Source: an uncultured Armatimonadia bacterium
GTDB taxonomy: Bacteria > Armatimonadota > Zipacnadia > CAVVLO01
Direction of reading: 5' to 3'
Assembly: GCA_963749155.1 (NCBI GenBank)
Contig: CAVVLO010000001.1
Location: 416,001-480,000 of the forward strand
DNA: 64,000 nt
In this document: positions 32,047-43,601 of the stretch, piece by piece
Layout: every line of letters starts with the position of its first letter
Numbering within the stretch: position 1 is the stretch's first letter
The notes under the pieces: model-generated
Seen by the model: only the letters and a program-made list of their open reading frames with translations
The model's database searches: none
Told to the model about the DNA's origin: nothing
Position numbers and translations under genes: made by a program

Positions 32047-32346
32047 ATGAGCCTGCGCCTCGAGGTGAATAGAGACCAGATCGCGAGCTTCTGCAGACGG
32101 CATCACATCTGCCGACTGGCCTTCTTCGGGTCAGTGCTGAGGGACGATTTCCGCCCCGACAGCGACGTGGATGTGCTGGTGGAGTTCGAACCAGGTTTCA
32201 GGCTCGGTCTCTTCGACCTGATCCGGATGCAGCAGGAGTTCTCCCAGTTTCTCGGCCGGGAGGCCGACTTCCGCACCCCCGAGGATCTGGGCCGTTATAT
32301 GCGCGCCCGCATCCTCGCCGAGGCCGAGGTGCAGTATGCTGCCTGA
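32047..32346 (+). CDS. mntA: MNT minimal nucleotidyltransferase antitoxin
   Basis: [21 protein letters not shown] (GSx10DxD). Confidence 0.88.
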   Translation: MSLRLEVNRDQIASFCRRHHICRLAFFGSVLRDDFRPDSDVDVLVEFEPGFRLGLFDLIRMQQEFSQFLGREADFRTPEDLGRYMRARILAEAEVQYAA

Positions 32347-32677
32347 ACTGGACAAGGAGCGGCTGCTGCACATCCGTGACGCTGCCACAAAAGTCGGCGA
32401 GTTCGTCGCTGGGCTTACGGAGGATGACTTCCTTCAGTCAGAACTAGTCCAGCACGCTGTCATCAACTGCCTCTTTATTATCGGGGAAGCCGCCAGCCGC
32501 ATCAGCGAACAGACGCGCGCCCTTTGCCCTGAGATCGAATGGGACGTGATCCGGGGCCTGCGCAACAGGCTGGCCCATGCCTACTTCGACATAAACCTCG
32601 GGCTGGTCTGGTATTCTGCCACCAAGGACACCCCTCGCCTTCTGGCCGAAGTCGAGATAATACTCGCCAACTCCTAG
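32336..32677 (+). CDS. hepT: HEPN/DUF86 RNase toxin
   Basis: [14 protein letters not shown] (Rx4HxY); overlaps the MNT gene. Confidence 0.88.
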   Translation: MLPELDKERLLHIRDAATKVGEFVAGLTEDDFLQSELVQHAVINCLFIIGEAASRISEQTRALCPEIEWDVIRGLRNRLAHAYFDINLGLVWYSATKDTPRLLAEVEIILANS

Positions 32678-32681
32678 AACC

Positions 32682-33656
32682 TTACGCCGCCGGCGCTAGC
32701 GCCTCCTGGCCCTCAATCCAGCGCTCCAGTAGTCGCTTCACAGCGAGGTCTTCAGTCAGCCTGGCATCAATCGGAATCAACTCGCCCACAGCCGCAAGCA
32801 ACCGCCAGCTGTCGGTCTTCTCGAAAGTCAAATCCAGCCGTCCCAGGCACACCCCGTGTTCTCCCGCCTGCACAATCGGCACCAGGCGGCCCTCCGGATT
32901 GAATACATACACTGGCGCGGGCAGAAAAGTATGCGAATCTCCCCCGATGATCGCATCCAGCCCTGCCACCTGGGCGGCCAGCCTCAGGTCGGTCTCATAG
33001 CCAAGATGAGTGACCGCAATCAACACATCACATTCCCTTCGCGCAAGGGGCGCCCATTTCCGGGCCGCTTCGATGGGATCACTTATTGTCCAGCCCTGGG
33101 TCATCGGATAATTCGCCGAGCGCGGCGCCGTAAGGCCCAGAAAGCCGACCCGCACGCCTTCATAACGCCTCACGATGAAGGGGTGGATGCCTTCGAGAGG
33201 CACTCCAGTATCGCCCACGGTCAGGTTCGCCGCCAGCCAGGGGAAGCTGCTCTGCCTCATCAGCGCCAGCATCAGAGATTTCGCGTCTTCGGTCTGGGTC
33301 GCTTGAAACTCGTTGTTGCCCACGCACAGCAGGTCATAGCCGAGTTCGTTGTAAGCGGCGATCTCCATCGCCCCGAAGAAGCGCTGATGCCAGGGCCCCC
33401 GGGCGAAGATATCTCCCGCCTCCACCAGCGCCACCGGATGGTCGATTGTCCTGCGCAACTCGGCAACCAGCGTTGCCCTTCGCGCCAGGCCTCCCGCATC
33501 AGGCCCGGCAAACAGGCCATTCCCCTGCGAGTAATCGAAAGGCAGCACCATCCCGTGCAGGTCATTGGTGTGCAGGAGGGTTATCTGCCAGGTCTCACCA
33601 GCCCAGCAAACGCCAGTCAGAACGAGCAACAGAAGCCCAACGATGATTTTCTTCAT
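32682..33656 (-). CDS. Secreted 5'-nucleotidase-type metallophosphoesterase (N-terminal domain only)
   Basis: LHTNDLHG, AGD, VGNNEF, THLG, GGDSHT. Confidence 0.85.
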   Translation of the reverse strand: MKKIIVGLLLLVLTGVCWAGETWQITLLHTNDLHGMVLPFDYSQGNGLFAGPDAGGLARRATLVAELRRTIDHPVALVEAGDIFARGPWHQRFFGAMEIAAYNELGYDLLCVGNNEFQATQTEDAKSLMLALMRQSSFPWLAANLTVGDTGVPLEGIHPFIVRRYEGVRVGFLGLTAPRSANYPMTQGWTISDPIEAARKWAPLARRECDVLIAVTHLGYETDLRLAAQVAGLDAIIGGDSHTFLPAPVYVFNPEGRLVPIVQAGEHGVCLGRLDLTFEKTDSWRLLAAVGELIPIDARLTEDLAVKRLLERWIEGQEALAPAA

Positions 33657-33704
33657 TTTCGCCTCACAGGCCAGTCGGCCTCAGCTTGCAGCTAAAGGGA
33701 AGCC

Positions 33705-34616
33705 TTATTCGCTTGCTTGTTCTGCCTCGTACCACACGCCCAGGTTGTTGCCGTTGCAGCGTTCGGTGTATTTGAAGTTGAGCCCGCTTCCACTGCCCAC
33801 GGGATAGTTAAGCAACTCGGCGCGCAGATTGCCTTCGAGCCGGGTATTCCACCACACCATCGAGGTCGAGCCGCCTCCATCGAGGTTCAAGCCCGACCAG
33901 GCCCCGAACTTCGCCAGCCACTCGCCGACCTCGCCCAGTTTCGCGCCGAAGCTCCGAAGCTGGCGGCCATCCACCACCAGGAAGTACACATAGCGCGCAT
34001 CCTGGGACAGCCCAATCGCAGTCCGGGGATGCACGTCTTCGCCGCCTCCCACCGACTTGCCTTCCAGCAGCACAAAGCCGGAGCCAGTGACCGCCGTCTC
34101 GACCTGGCTGCAATCGAAGCCTGCCGGCGTCTCCGGCAAAGCCACTGTGCCATCTTTCATCACGAGGAAGGACGCCCCTCCGCTTGCCGGCGAGACCACC
34201 TCGCCGCCCTCCATCGCCAGGCCAATCAGGTTGCCGATGGTCTCCTCGTTCCAGGGCGCAGGCCAGGGGGAGAAGAAATTGGCGTTGATAGCCGCGACCA
34301 GCTTGCGGTCGCTCTCCTGGGAGGTCAGCAGGAAGTTGCGCGTGGTCTGCCGCTTCGTTTCGGAGACATCGGCGACCCAGTCGTCATAGCGCCCTGTAGC
34401 TCGAAAATGCAGCCCGGGCGTCTGCGTGTCGATGCGCAGACAGTTGAGTCTCATCGGGCGCGGGTCATCCACCACCAGCTTCAGATGCTGAAGGCCCGGA
34501 GAGAGTGTCCTGGACGCGCCCCAGTCCACCGCCTGCGCGCTGGCTAAGGAGGCCAGCAGCAGCAGGAGCAAGACCCAACCTGTCACCCTGACTCTACTAG
34601 ACTTCATTCTCTGCAC
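33705..34616 (-). CDS. Secreted phosphodiester glycosidase (NAGPA/DUF2233)
   Basis: AAINANFF, HPRTAIG, VVDGRQ, NLDGGGST. Confidence 0.88.
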   Translation of the reverse strand: MQRMKSSRVRVTGWVLLLLLLASLASAQAVDWGASRTLSPGLQHLKLVVDDPRPMRLNCLRIDTQTPGLHFRATGRYDDWVADVSETKRQTTRNFLLTSQESDRKLVAAINANFFSPWPAPWNEETIGNLIGLAMEGGEVVSPASGGASFLVMKDGTVALPETPAGFDCSQVETAVTGSGFVLLEGKSVGGGEDVHPRTAIGLSQDARYVYFLVVDGRQLRSFGAKLGEVGEWLAKFGAWSGLNLDGGGSTSMVWWNTRLEGNLRAELLNYPVGSGSGLNFKYTERCNGNNLGVWYEAEQASE

Positions 34617-34639
34617 TCTCCCTTGCCCGAAAGGGCTAT

Positions 34640-36871
34640 CTACCGACCTAGACTGAACCAGCGTGTGTCGCCCGCTCCGAAATGGGCGTATATTTGACTG
34701 CCTTCCCAGCGTTCGATCTGCCCGCCCAGCGCGGTTGCCGTTACGCCCTTTGGCAGTTTGATCGCCTTGAGCCCGGCCTTGGCTGAATGGATCATCAGAA
34801 AGGAGCCATCTGTCACGACCACGGAGCCATCGTCAGTCCAGCTATGCGCGCCCGCCTCGACAAATAGACGCCTCAGCACCGGTGCGGTCAGGCCAACGCC
34901 GCCCAGATAGACGCTGCGTATCCGCCCTACTTGCTTCTGGGCCGAGGCCACGGCGCCATCGCTCTTGTACACGCTGAGCGGCTCTGCCGCCGGGTCGCGG
35001 ACGGTGAAGCGGGGAGAAAAATTCATCGGCTGACCGCTCCAGGCACAACTGGCGCCCAGTGTCTCGCCCGCCAACGGGCCGATGCCCTCGCTGACCTGCG
35101 TCCCGTCGTCAGTTGCAATTTCCAGGCCAGTAAGCGCCTTCATTCTGGTGGCATCCGGCCCCTGGGGGCCGAGGTAGCCTGCCGCGTAGTTCCAGATAGC
35201 CGTGGCGCCTTCCCGCTCCAGCCTGGCCCTGATTCCGGCGATCTGCTCCTCGCTCAGCTCAAAGGCATTCGCGAAGAGATACACTTTGCAGCGCGGTACG
35301 ACGCCGCTGATGAAGTCCTCCAGCAGATAGTAGCCAACCGACACGCCGGAGAGATCGCACTCGTTACGCAACTGGCCAAGTGACCAGGTGTTCATGTCCC
35401 AGTCGCTGCGGATACCGAACCGGGAGCGCTCAGCCAGGAGGAAGGCCACCTCGGGCCGATACGGCCTCGGGTGGGCGTAAAGGTCCTCATACAGCTTCAT
35501 CCGCTCCTTCAGCATCCGCCACAGGTTGGGCTCGTTGAAGGCCCCGGCGCCCATCAGATCGCACCACCAGATACCCGCGCGATGCGCAAAGGCCGCAGCC
35601 AGATTACGCTCCAGCATCGTCCGCGTAGCCTGGGGAGTGGCCAGCGTATCATAAGGCTGAGGGACATTCGTAGGGGGGAACCACGCAGGCACGGCTTCCT
35701 TGTCGATATAGGCCGTCCGCATATCGTCCTCGCTGAGCCACAGCTTGCCGCGCGCGTTGACGGAATCGACTGGTGCCATGAAGCCCGCTGGCTCGCCCAC
35801 CTGCCGCGCGGCGTAGGAGACAGGGCTCATCAGCACGTCTATCTCCGGGCACGAGAGCACCTTGTCCAGCGCATAGTGTCCGCTGAAGCTGCCGCCTATC
35901 TCCAGCATATAGCCCTGACAGAACATACTCAGCCGGCGACCGCCTGAGGCCTGTTTCACCGTCCGGGCCCAGTCCATCACCCGGCTGGCCACCAGGTCGC
36001 TGTAATAATCGGAATAGTCCACCCAGGCCTGTTCGGCCGGCCGGTCGTAGAAGACCTTGATCGGGCTGCCGTCACTGACGCTGACCATCGGGAACCGGCC
36101 CTTCTCTGGCCTCGGTATAGTGGCCCCGGCCAGGCTCACCGTCTCATCGCCCCAGGCCTCGCGCAGCGCCTTGCTGGTCTTGTACTTCTCCCGCAGCCAC
36201 TTGCGGAACAACCGCTGGCTGGCTTCGCAGTAGTCAGGCCCTTTGTCCGTGTAGTGCGGAGGGAACATCTCGAACTCCGGCCCGCCCAGGTGATAACCGA
36301 GCATCCGTCCGGCATAGGGGCTGGTTTCGAAGTGGCTGACGATACGCGTTGTCTCTTCCTCAAAGGAGCGGGCGAAGTAGTCCGAGGCGATGGAGATATA
36401 CGGCGCGGCAGTCGTGCCGTCATCGAAAATCATAAACTCGTCCTTCGGCACCTCCTTCCAGTCGGCCCATTGAGGGGTAGGCCAGGGGACAGCGCGCAGG
36501 AAGAAAACCGCCTCTGGGTCAACTTCGATGAAGGTGTCGAGTATCTGCTCCGCCCCGCCAAAGTCGATGCTGATCCCATCAGCCGCGCGAGGGAAGTAAA
36601 TCAACAAGCCGTAGATGTGGATGCCCGCCGCCGCTGCCAGCCTGACCTGCGGATTCTGGAATCGTTCCAGGTAGTCACTCGCCTGGCCCACATTAAACCA
36701 GAAGATGACCGGCGGCACTGGCTTGCCGTTGATAATCAGTTGGGCGACCCCGCTACGACTCTCGATGCGTGCCTGGGTGATAGGCTGAAAACCTTCTTCT
36801 GTGGCGCTGCCTACCTGCCTCAGGGCAAGTATCAGTAGCAGCGTTATCCCGAGCCAGGCACCGCGTTCCAT
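34640..36871 (-). CDS. Secreted beta-galactosidase-like glycoside hydrolase (GH42-like)
   Basis: GGAGG RBS, signal peptide, FRKWLREKY..AL..AWG, WLSEDD, trimerisation-like domain. Confidence 0.6.
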   Translation of the reverse strand: MERGAWLGITLLLILALRQVGSATEEGFQPITQARIESRSGVAQLIINGKPVPPVIFWFNVGQASDYLERFQNPQVRLAAAAGIHIYGLLIYFPRAADGISIDFGGAEQILDTFIEVDPEAVFFLRAVPWPTPQWADWKEVPKDEFMIFDDGTTAAPYISIASDYFARSFEEETTRIVSHFETSPYAGRMLGYHLGGPEFEMFPPHYTDKGPDYCEASQRLFRKWLREKYKTSKALREAWGDETVSLAGATIPRPEKGRFPMVSVSDGSPIKVFYDRPAEQAWVDYSDYYSDLVASRVMDWARTVKQASGGRRLSMFCQGYMLEIGGSFSGHYALDKVLSCPEIDVLMSPVSYAARQVGEPAGFMAPVDSVNARGKLWLSEDDMRTAYIDKEAVPAWFPPTNVPQPYDTLATPQATRTMLERNLAAAFAHRAGIWWCDLMGAGAFNEPNLWRMLKERMKLYEDLYAHPRPYRPEVAFLLAERSRFGIRSDWDMNTWSLGQLRNECDLSGVSVGYYLLEDFISGVVPRCKVYLFANAFELSEEQIAGIRARLEREGATAIWNYAAGYLGPQGPDATRMKALTGLEIATDDGTQVSEGIGPLAGETLGASCAWSGQPMNFSPRFTVRDPAAEPLSVYKSDGAVASAQKQVGRIRSVYLGGVGLTAPVLRRLFVEAGAHSWTDDGSVVVTDGSFLMIHSAKAGLKAIKLPKGVTATALGGQIERWEGSQIYAHFGAGDTRWFSLGR

Positions 36872-36888
36872 ACTGCCTCCCATCCTAC

Positions 36889-38313
36889 TCAAAACTTCCC
36901 AACCAGCTCTGGCAGCTCTGAGGGGCCAAAGTTGGCATGCGCCTTCGCGCTCACGGTGAGCCCCTTCGCCGAGCACTTGCAGGTGATCGTCCACTTGGCG
37001 GGCATCTCAACCTGCCGCATCGTTATCTGAAAAGTGTCAGGCGCCGTCCAGATACCGCTCGAGACGACTTTCTCTGGCCTGAAACAGAGCAGCGCAGTCC
37101 TGCCCGGACGCCACTCCTCGAAGCCGCACTCGACGCTCTGCTTGCGTCTGCCAGCCGCGAGCGTCAGCTTGGCGCCGCCCTCATCGAAGTCCAGTCGCGC
37201 CGAGGTTAGCTTCCAGTCATTGGGCTCGAAGGTAGCCGTCCGCCCCGAGACCTTCGCCGCCATCGCAGAGGTCTTCTTTCCCGCAGGGGGATCATAGCGC
37301 AGATTCGCGAGCCGCTCAGTCAGCGCCCTGGACGCCGTGTCCTCAGGCAACGCCTTCGAAGCGAAGCCGGGCAGCAGATAGTCCCAGACCTTGTTCAGCA
37401 CCGCCTGCATATCGGCGACGCCCGAGGTTATGGCCACCACGGCGTGCTGCTCCGGCATCACGATACAGTACTGCCCGCAAGCGCCATCGCCCCGGTAGCA
37501 GTTATGCCTGCAGCGCCAGAACTGATATCCATAGCCCTGATTCCAGTCGTTACTCGGATCAGGCCCGTTGTCCACCTGTTTGCTGCTTGCGGCCTTCACC
37601 CACTTCTCGGACACCAGCCGCTGCCCGCCGAAGACGCCCTTATCGAGGTAAAGCTGCCCGAACCGCGCGATAGCCTCGGTCTTCACCCGCAGCCCCGAAC
37701 CGCCTACGTTGATGCCAAGCGGGCAAGTGTCCCACCTGGTCTTCGTGATGCCCAGCGGCTCGAAAAGTCGCGGTTTCAGATAATCAGTCAGCTTCTCGCC
37801 GGTCAGCTTCTGCACGATGGCCGACAGCATATACGTGGCGGCTGTGTTGTAGACGAAGTGGGTGCCCGGCTCGTGTTCTACGGGCAGCGAGAGGAAGCTC
37901 TGTACCCAGTTGTGCTGGCTGAAGACAGTCCAGGTTGGGTCGGTATCGTGCCCGGTGGCCATCGAGAGGAGGTGTTTCACGCGCATCCGCTGGAGGTTGG
38001 CGTCAGGCCTGGCCGGCGCCTCGTCGGGGAAGAAGCCCAGCACCTTGTCCTCGACCGACAGCCGCCCCTCGTCCACGGCGATGCCGACCGCCGTCGAAGT
38101 GAAGCTCTTGCTCAGCGAGTAGAGCATATGGACGCGTCTTGGCCCATATGGCGCCCACCAGCCCTCGGCGATGACGACGCCGTTACGCAGCACCATCAGG
38201 CTGTGGAATTCGGGCGCCTCGCGCTCGACTTCGTCCAGGAAGGTGAGGATTGCCTTGGAGGAGACGCCCTGCGCCTCCGGGGTACTCCGGGGAAGCTTCA
38301 CTTGGCCAGCCAT
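36889..38313 (-). CDS. Beta-lactamase-like serine hydrolase
   Basis: YSLSKS (SxxK), HLLSMATG, FVYN, YGYQFW. Confidence 0.9.
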   Translation of the reverse strand: MAGQVKLPRSTPEAQGVSSKAILTFLDEVEREAPEFHSLMVLRNGVVIAEGWWAPYGPRRVHMLYSLSKSFTSTAVGIAVDEGRLSVEDKVLGFFPDEAPARPDANLQRMRVKHLLSMATGHDTDPTWTVFSQHNWVQSFLSLPVEHEPGTHFVYNTAATYMLSAIVQKLTGEKLTDYLKPRLFEPLGITKTRWDTCPLGINVGGSGLRVKTEAIARFGQLYLDKGVFGGQRLVSEKWVKAASSKQVDNGPDPSNDWNQGYGYQFWRCRHNCYRGDGACGQYCIVMPEQHAVVAITSGVADMQAVLNKVWDYLLPGFASKALPEDTASRALTERLANLRYDPPAGKKTSAMAAKVSGRTATFEPNDWKLTSARLDFDEGGAKLTLAAGRRKQSVECGFEEWRPGRTALLCFRPEKVVSSGIWTAPDTFQITMRQVEMPAKWTITCKCSAKGLTVSAKAHANFGPSELPELVGKF

Positions 38314-38404
38314 GATGGATTCTCCAGCACTGCGGGATACATGACGAATAAAGTATAGCAGGAAGGAGAGGGCGCAGGCGCCAGGGCGACCTCCTTTGTG
38401 TCCG

Positions 38405-38501
38405 CCTGGTTTCGGCACTGAAGTGGCCGAAACACCAGGCCTTGGTTCAGCTCTCAGGCTCTCTAGCGTTGGTGTTTCGGGGCTTCAGCCCCGAAACCAA
38501 C
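38405..38501. repeat. Isolated B-A REP doublet (REPIN-like) of the RAYT1 family
   Basis: CCTGGTTTCGGCACTGAAGTGGCCGAAACACCAGG then GTTGGTGTTTCGGGGCTTCAGCCCCGAAACCAAC. Confidence 0.9.
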
Positions 38502-38532
38502 GCCTTGCTTCCCACGCCGCTGCCTCCGGACA

Positions 38533-39715
38533 CTACCGTTCCGGCGGTTCCATACCCTGGTTCATAACTTCGATGTATTCGCCATAACTGAAGATGCGGT
38601 TGCGCTTCTGGGCGGTTAGCTCGCGCACAAGACCGAGATGCGCAAGATGGCCGAGAGCCTTGTTCACGGTCGCTGGCGTGAGGCCCGTCCTGTTCACCAG
38701 AGACCCAGAAGTCGCAAGTGGCTGCTCCATCAACGCGCGGTGCACCTGCAGGGCGGAGTCCGCCGCTCGGCCCAGTCCTGCAAGTCTTACCCTGTCACGT
38801 CGAGCCACCTCTGCCAGCGCCTCGGCGGTCTCGACCGCTTGCAGAGCTGTAACAGCCACAGCCTCGGCGAAGAAGTCAATCCACGCCTCCCAGTCGCCCG
38901 TGAGGCGCACGCGGTTCAACAACTCGTAGTAATTCTCCCGGTGAGTCTTGAAATAGAGACTGAGGTAGAGCAGCGGCGCTCGCAGTACCCCCTGTTCGCA
39001 CAGCAGCAGCGTGATCAGCAGGCGCCCAAGTCGCCCGTTGCCATCCAGGAAGGGATGGATTGTCTCGAACTGCACGTGGGCCAGCGCCGCCTTCAACAAG
39101 GGCGGGGTTGGCTCTGGCTCATCGTGGAGGAACAGCTCCAGTTCGCCCAGGCACCTTACGACCTCGTGGGGCGGGGGAGGCACGAACACTGCGTTGCCTG
39201 GCCGGGTGCCGCCAACCCAGTTCTGACTCTGCCCGGAACTCGCCTGGCGCCTGCTTGCCGCCTCTACCCCCGGCCACCAGCAGAGCGTGCAATTCGCGAA
39301 TCAGCCGTAGCGATAGCGGCATCCCCTCCGCCAGCCTTCGCAGTCCATGCTCCAACGCTGCCACATAGTTGCTTACCTCGCGCGCATCGTCCAACGGCAC
39401 CCCAGGCTCCTGCTCCAGCTCAAACAGCAGCAGAGCTGCAAGCGATGACTGTGTGCCCTCTATCATTGAAGAGAGCACCGCTTCCTTACGCACATACATA
39501 TAGAGGAACAACGCCGTGTCCGGCAGCAGACCTGCAACTGCATCCAGCCGCCCAAGTTCCAGCAACGCCGCATCGAACTTGCTCCGCAACTCGGGGCTCC
39601 ACTCGAGCGGTGGCTTCGGTGGCAAGGGCGCCGGCACGAAGGCCTGCGCCTTCTCTCCGACTGTGCTTATCGTCACGTTGTTGCCCTGCAGCCCGCGTTC
39701 CATATGCCTCGCCAT
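38533..39715 (-). CDS. Fic-family protein with N-terminal inhibitory helix and C-terminal HTH; frameshift at ~39230
   Basis: HPFLDGNGRLGR Fic motif; SSMIEG (S/TxxxEG). Confidence 0.9.
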
Positions 39716-39889
39716 CCTATAATACTTCCGCTTCTTATTATAGTATAACTCACTTATCCTATAATAACGCCCACTCCGACCCCCCGCCACTGCAAGCTGC
39801 CTGACCAATAAGGTATAACTGGTGATGTAGTAATATGGGGGATAACCTGGACTTGCCACCCGCTCTGAGGTCTGGCGAAGGAGAACCAA

Positions 39890-41505
39890 ATGAAATCCTT
39901 TTTGTTCCTGGCAGGCATCGCCATGCTGCCTAGGCACTTCTTGGGATCGTGAAGGCCAAACCGCACCGGTGGCCCTCCACCGCGGGCTCTATGAGCTCAG
40001 CTTCGTGTCGCAGGTTCCTGTCGCCGACCCTTATCTGGGTCTGGAGCTGAAGGTCACTTTCACCCGGCCTGATTCCACTTCAGTCACTGTCGAGGGTTTC
40101 TACGATGGCTCGTTAGAGGGCAAATCAGTTTTCAAGGCGCGCGCCTACTCCGATGCGGTGGGCAAGTGGACCTGGCGCGCCACCTCCAATCTGGCGGACC
40201 TTGATGGGCAGAAGGGCGCCTTCAAAGTGACGCCCTCAGAGCTGCCTGGCAAGCTGCGCAAGCATCCTGGGGATCCCCATCAGTTCGCCTATGATAGCGG
40301 TCAGTGGTTCCTCCATATCGGCGATACCGGTTATCGGTACCTCACCGACACCGAACCCGAGTGGCAAGCCTATATTGATCAGGCCGTCCAGATGGGCGCG
40401 ACGAAGCTACGCGTCTGGTTCAGCAAGTCGCGCAGCGGGGTAGAGGCCCTTCTGGAGCCAGATCGCTCTGCGCTCAATCTCGAATACTGGCAGGAGATGG
40501 ACCGCAGGCTGCAATATGCGCTCAACCACTACCCCCAGGTGATTCTGCAACTCATCCCTTACGGCGAAGACCTCGACGAACTGCGCCGTTACGGCGAGGG
40601 GGATCGGATGGCGCAAGTTCATCGCCGCTTATTCTCAGGCCCGCTTCAGCGCCTACCCCAATGTGCTCTGGTGTGTCTCGAATGACCGCACTCTGGTCGC
40701 TGACGAGGCCGAGGCCACAGGCAACAAGGTGCATGCCTCTCTCATCGACCAGATCGCTCGGGATATGGCAGCGCGCGAGCCCTGGGGCACGCTCCTCACC
40801 AACCATCAGGCGCGCAACACTGGCTATGCCTTCGCGACGGCGCCCTGGTCCGACCTCATCACCCTCGAAGCCCTTGACCAGGTGACTGGCAACCTGTTGC
40901 TGGAATACCGTGAGAAGTCGGATGACCCGGTTATCAATGATGAAGACCGATACGAACTTTATCGCCCGCCGGCCCACCCGCGCTACTTCTTCCGCCGGCT
41001 GATGTGGGCAAGCCTCTTGTCGGGCGGCGCGGCGACTTATGGGGGCGCCAGGACCTACGAGCCTTATGATGGTCAGACGCGCGGGGTGCGGGGTTATTAT
41101 GATCTGAAAAAGGAAGGGCTCCTCTCCGGAGGCGCGGACGACTTTGTCCACATCCATACCTTTTTCGAGAAAACCGGGCTCACTTTGGTCGGGATGGAGC
41201 CTGCTGACGCGCTGGTTGGCGGCGACCCAAACCAGGCCAAAGCCATCGCAAGCGATTCGGCCATCATCGTCTACCTGCCCAATCCGGATGCTCCCTCACC
41301 GGAGCAAGCCACCGCGGCCAGAACCCCTGCTACTTGCTCGCTTCAGCTGCCGGAAGGCAATTGGGCTCTCTCGTGGTTCAACCCGCGCACCGGCAAGGGG
41401 CTGGAGGAGCCTCCTGTCACCGTAACTGGCGGCATTACGCCCTGTCACTGCCAGGCGCCCTTCACGGGAGATGCGGTGCTGGTGGCCAGGCGTACCGGCC
41501 GCTAG
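39890..41505 (+). CDS. DUF5060/DUF4038 (GH140-like) secreted protein; frameshifts at ~39930 and ~40620
   Basis: AAGGAG RBS and signal start; EGFYDG, GKWTW, FLHIGDT, LWCVSND, PVINDE, WFNPRTG. Confidence 0.7.
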
Positions 41506-41517
41506 GCCTGACTCGCG

Positions 41518-42498
41518 CTAGGCTGGCGCCTGCAGGGGATAATCGCCGAACTCGGCAAGCGCTTCCACATAGGCGTTATAATGCTCCTCTGGCCAGGGCA
41601 TCCCCTGGTCGGGAGAGCAGAAGTACCCGCCCTCGCGCCCAAGCAGTCCCAGCAAGCGCTTCACCTCGGCGCGGATTTCCTCCGGCGGCCCGTCCACCAG
41701 CAGCCCCGAGGAGAGCCCTCCCTGCAGGGCCATCCGCCCCTGCGTCACTCGCCGCAGTTCTGGGAGGTCATTGGCCGTCGCCTGGACAGGATTCAGCACA
41801 TCAATGCCAAGCTGGATAAACGTCTCGAGGAAGGGCATCACATGCCCGCAGGAATGGAAGTTGATTAGCACCCCGTGCCGTTTGTAGAGGTCGAAGAGAC
41901 GCCGGTATTCGGGCACGAGAAACTCCTGGACAATAGCGGGGGAGAGCAGCGGGCCGATCTGCGTGCCCAGATCATCGCTGCACCCGACCATCTCAACGCC
42001 GACCGCCAGATAGTGCTGGGCCATCCCAAGCTGGAAATCCATAATCCTGTGCAGCAACTCGCGCATCGCCTCGGGCTCGGAATAGAACGCGCACATTGCG
42101 TTCTCCATCCCGCACAGCATATAAGTCCGCTCCCAGAGCGTGTCCCGGTGGCCGCCCCAGAGGAAGCAGGTCTCCTTGTCCCAGCCTTCGGCTTGCCTGT
42201 ATATCTGCCCCACCAGCCGCTCATCGCTCGCATCGGGCCAGGCATAAGTGGCCATCTCCGAGAGGTCGGCAAGCGGATTGCCTCGCGGAAAACCCATCAC
42301 CCCGGCGTGTTCCTTATGCCAGGTGGTGCCCCAGATATCCCTCCAGGTCGCCCCGACTGGCTGCTCATGCCCAAGCCCCTCGGCGTTCTCGTGGTTCATC
42401 CCGAAATAATTGACGCCCTGCGCAGGCCCAGGCCCGCCAGTGATTCGCTCAGGCTTGCCAAACTGGATAATCTCGAGGCTGTTCTGCTTCTCTGTCAT
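41518..42498 (-). CDS. Uroporphyrinogen decarboxylase/MtaA-CmuA-family protein
   Basis: SDDLGTQ, FHSCG, DVLNPVQ, LQGG, GGYF. Confidence 0.85.
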   Translation of the reverse strand: MTEKQNSLEIIQFGKPERITGGPGPAQGVNYFGMNHENAEGLGHEQPVGATWRDIWGTTWHKEHAGVMGFPRGNPLADLSEMATYAWPDASDERLVGQIYRQAEGWDKETCFLWGGHRDTLWERTYMLCGMENAMCAFYSEPEAMRELLHRIMDFQLGMAQHYLAVGVEMVGCSDDLGTQIGPLLSPAIVQEFLVPEYRRLFDLYKRHGVLINFHSCGHVMPFLETFIQLGIDVLNPVQATANDLPELRRVTQGRMALQGGLSSGLLVDGPPEEIRAEVKRLLGLLGREGGYFCSPDQGMPWPEEHYNAYVEALAEFGDYPLQAPA

Positions 42499-42695
42499 CG
42501 GCGTTTTGCACCAGCTTCTTTGGTATTTCTGGCACTTGCCAGGCGCAAGCAGTATAACAGCAAAGATATTCTGCAGAAGCTGAATCTCCCGGTATTTCTC
42601 CCTTGACTACGCGAGGCGATGAGACTACCCTCTCGCGCGTTGCCGGGCAGTCGTTTCGACTGCTTCCGGCTAGTCGAAGCCAGGACGATTTTTCA

Positions 42696-43601
42696 GTGGA
42701 AAAGCTGCAACTCACAAATCTGAAGACTCTCGAAGCCGAGAGTATCCACATCTTTCGCGAAGTCGTCGCCGAGTTCGAGCGCCCCGTGATGCTTTACTCC
42801 ATCGGTAAAGACTCCTCCGTAATGGTGCGTCTGGCCCAGAAGGCTTTCTATCCGGGCAAGCTGCCCTTTCCGCTATTGCATGTGGATACAGGGCTGAAGT
42901 TTCCCGAGATGTACGATTTCCGAGACAGTTTCTGCGAGGAGATCAGAGCCGACCTGCACGTCTATAAGAATGAAGAAGCCATCGCTCAGGACGCCAATCC
43001 CTGGGAGCTTGGCACGGTGCGGTGTTGCGCTCTCTTGAAGACCCAGGCCCTGCTGCAGGCCTTGCGAGCGGGAGAGCATGATGTGGCCTTCGGCGGAGCG
43101 CGCCGGGATGAAGAGAAATCTCGCGCCAAGGAGCGCATCTACTCCTTCAGAGACTCCTTCGGCCAGTGGGATCCCAAACACCAGCGCCCCGAGCTGTGGA
43201 ATCTCTATAATGGCCGCATCAAGAAAGGCGAGAGCCTTCGGGTGTTTCCTCTTTCCAACTGGACTGAACTCGATATCTGGCTTTACATCTACCTGGAGAA
43301 CATCCCCGTCGTGCCGCTGTATTTTGCCGCTGAGCGCGAGATGGTAGTCCGGGAGCAGCGCCTGATTCCCGTCTACGACACCACGCGCCTGGCCCCTGGC
43401 GAAGAGCCCGAAAAAGTGATGTGCCGCTTCCGCACGCTGGGCTGTCATCCTTGCACTGGCGCGGTGCGCTCGGAGGCGCGCACTGTGGCCGATATCGTGG
43501 AAGAGATGATGGTTGTGCGGCAGTCCGAGCGCATTACCCGGCTCATAGACCACGACCAGGACAGCTCGATGGAGCAGAAAAAGCGCGAGGGGTATTTCTG
43601 A
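42696..43601 (+). CDS. cysD: Sulfate adenylyltransferase subunit 2
   Basis: [36 protein letters not shown]. Confidence 0.95.
   Translation: MEKLQLTNLKTLEAESIHIFREVVAEFERPVMLYSIGKDSSVMVRLAQKAFYPGKLPFPLLHVDTGLKFPEMYDFRDSFCEEIRADLHVYKNEEAIAQDANPWELGTVRCCALLKTQALLQALRAGEHDVAFGGARRDEEKSRAKERIYSFRDSFGQWDPKHQRPELWNLYNGRIKKGESLRVFPLSNWTELDIWLYIYLENIPVVPLYFAAEREMVVREQRLIPVYDTTRLAPGEEPEKVMCRFRTLGCHPCTGAVRSEARTVADIVEEMMVVRQSERITRLIDHDQDSSMEQKKREGYF

Noticed and set aside
32047..32677. MNT-HEPN pair as a novel defence system
   Set aside because: Ordinary two-gene MntA/HepT-type toxin-antitoxin module with no accessory genes
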